Of a stretch of DNA of 64,000 nucleotides, positions 63,914-64,000 are shown in pieces. Location: the NCBI RefSeq assembly GCF_006345805.1, contig NC_043000.1, forward strand, positions 50,344,001-50,408,000. Direction: 5' to 3'. The position numbers were made by a program, and so were the translations under genes. The notes under the pieces were generated by a model. It was not told the origin of the DNA. It saw nothing but the letters and a program-made list of their open reading frames with translations, and did not search any database. Source of the DNA: Octopus sinensis (Eukaryota). Numbering within the stretch: position 1 is the first letter of the stretch; each line of letters begins with the position of its first letter.

Positions 63914-64000
63914 TTAGCCCTTTTGATATCAACCAAACTGAGACCACTTTTGGTCCTGTAACTTAAGCTTCTTGTTTTAAAGTGATTTTATTCAATAATG
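63914..64000. mobile_element. Start of a piggyBac-type MITE related to 45514-45743, cut by window edge
   Basis: ttagcccttttgatatcaacc resembles the reverse complement of the 45518-45739 right end (cccttttgatactaactc). Confidence 0.55.

Overview
AT-rich (~70% AT, estimated by eye), CpG-depleted eukaryotic non-coding DNA. The SINE and MITE families strongly resemble those of octopus genomes (an inference from recalled repeat sequences, not a database search). No intact protein-coding gene was recognised. Nearly all ORFs in the track are microsatellite, low-complexity or transposon artefacts, so the window is probably intronic or intergenic. It contains: many tRNA-derived SINEs (three with clear target-site duplications, one nested in another SINE); TTAA-flanked piggyBac-type MITEs; three decayed mariner elements; and a nested retroelement complex at 23.3-27.2 kb. 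That complex comprises an RTE 3' end, a Penelope-like RT on the minus strand split by a piggyBac-type insertion, and two tandem Penelope-like endonuclease/3' ends on the plus strand. There are also two degenerate minimal hammerhead-ribozyme motifs and five mutually unrelated foldback (long inverted-repeat) elements. A CpG-retaining block at 44.1-44.6 kb reads weakly like the transmembrane half of a Cys-loop receptor (low confidence).
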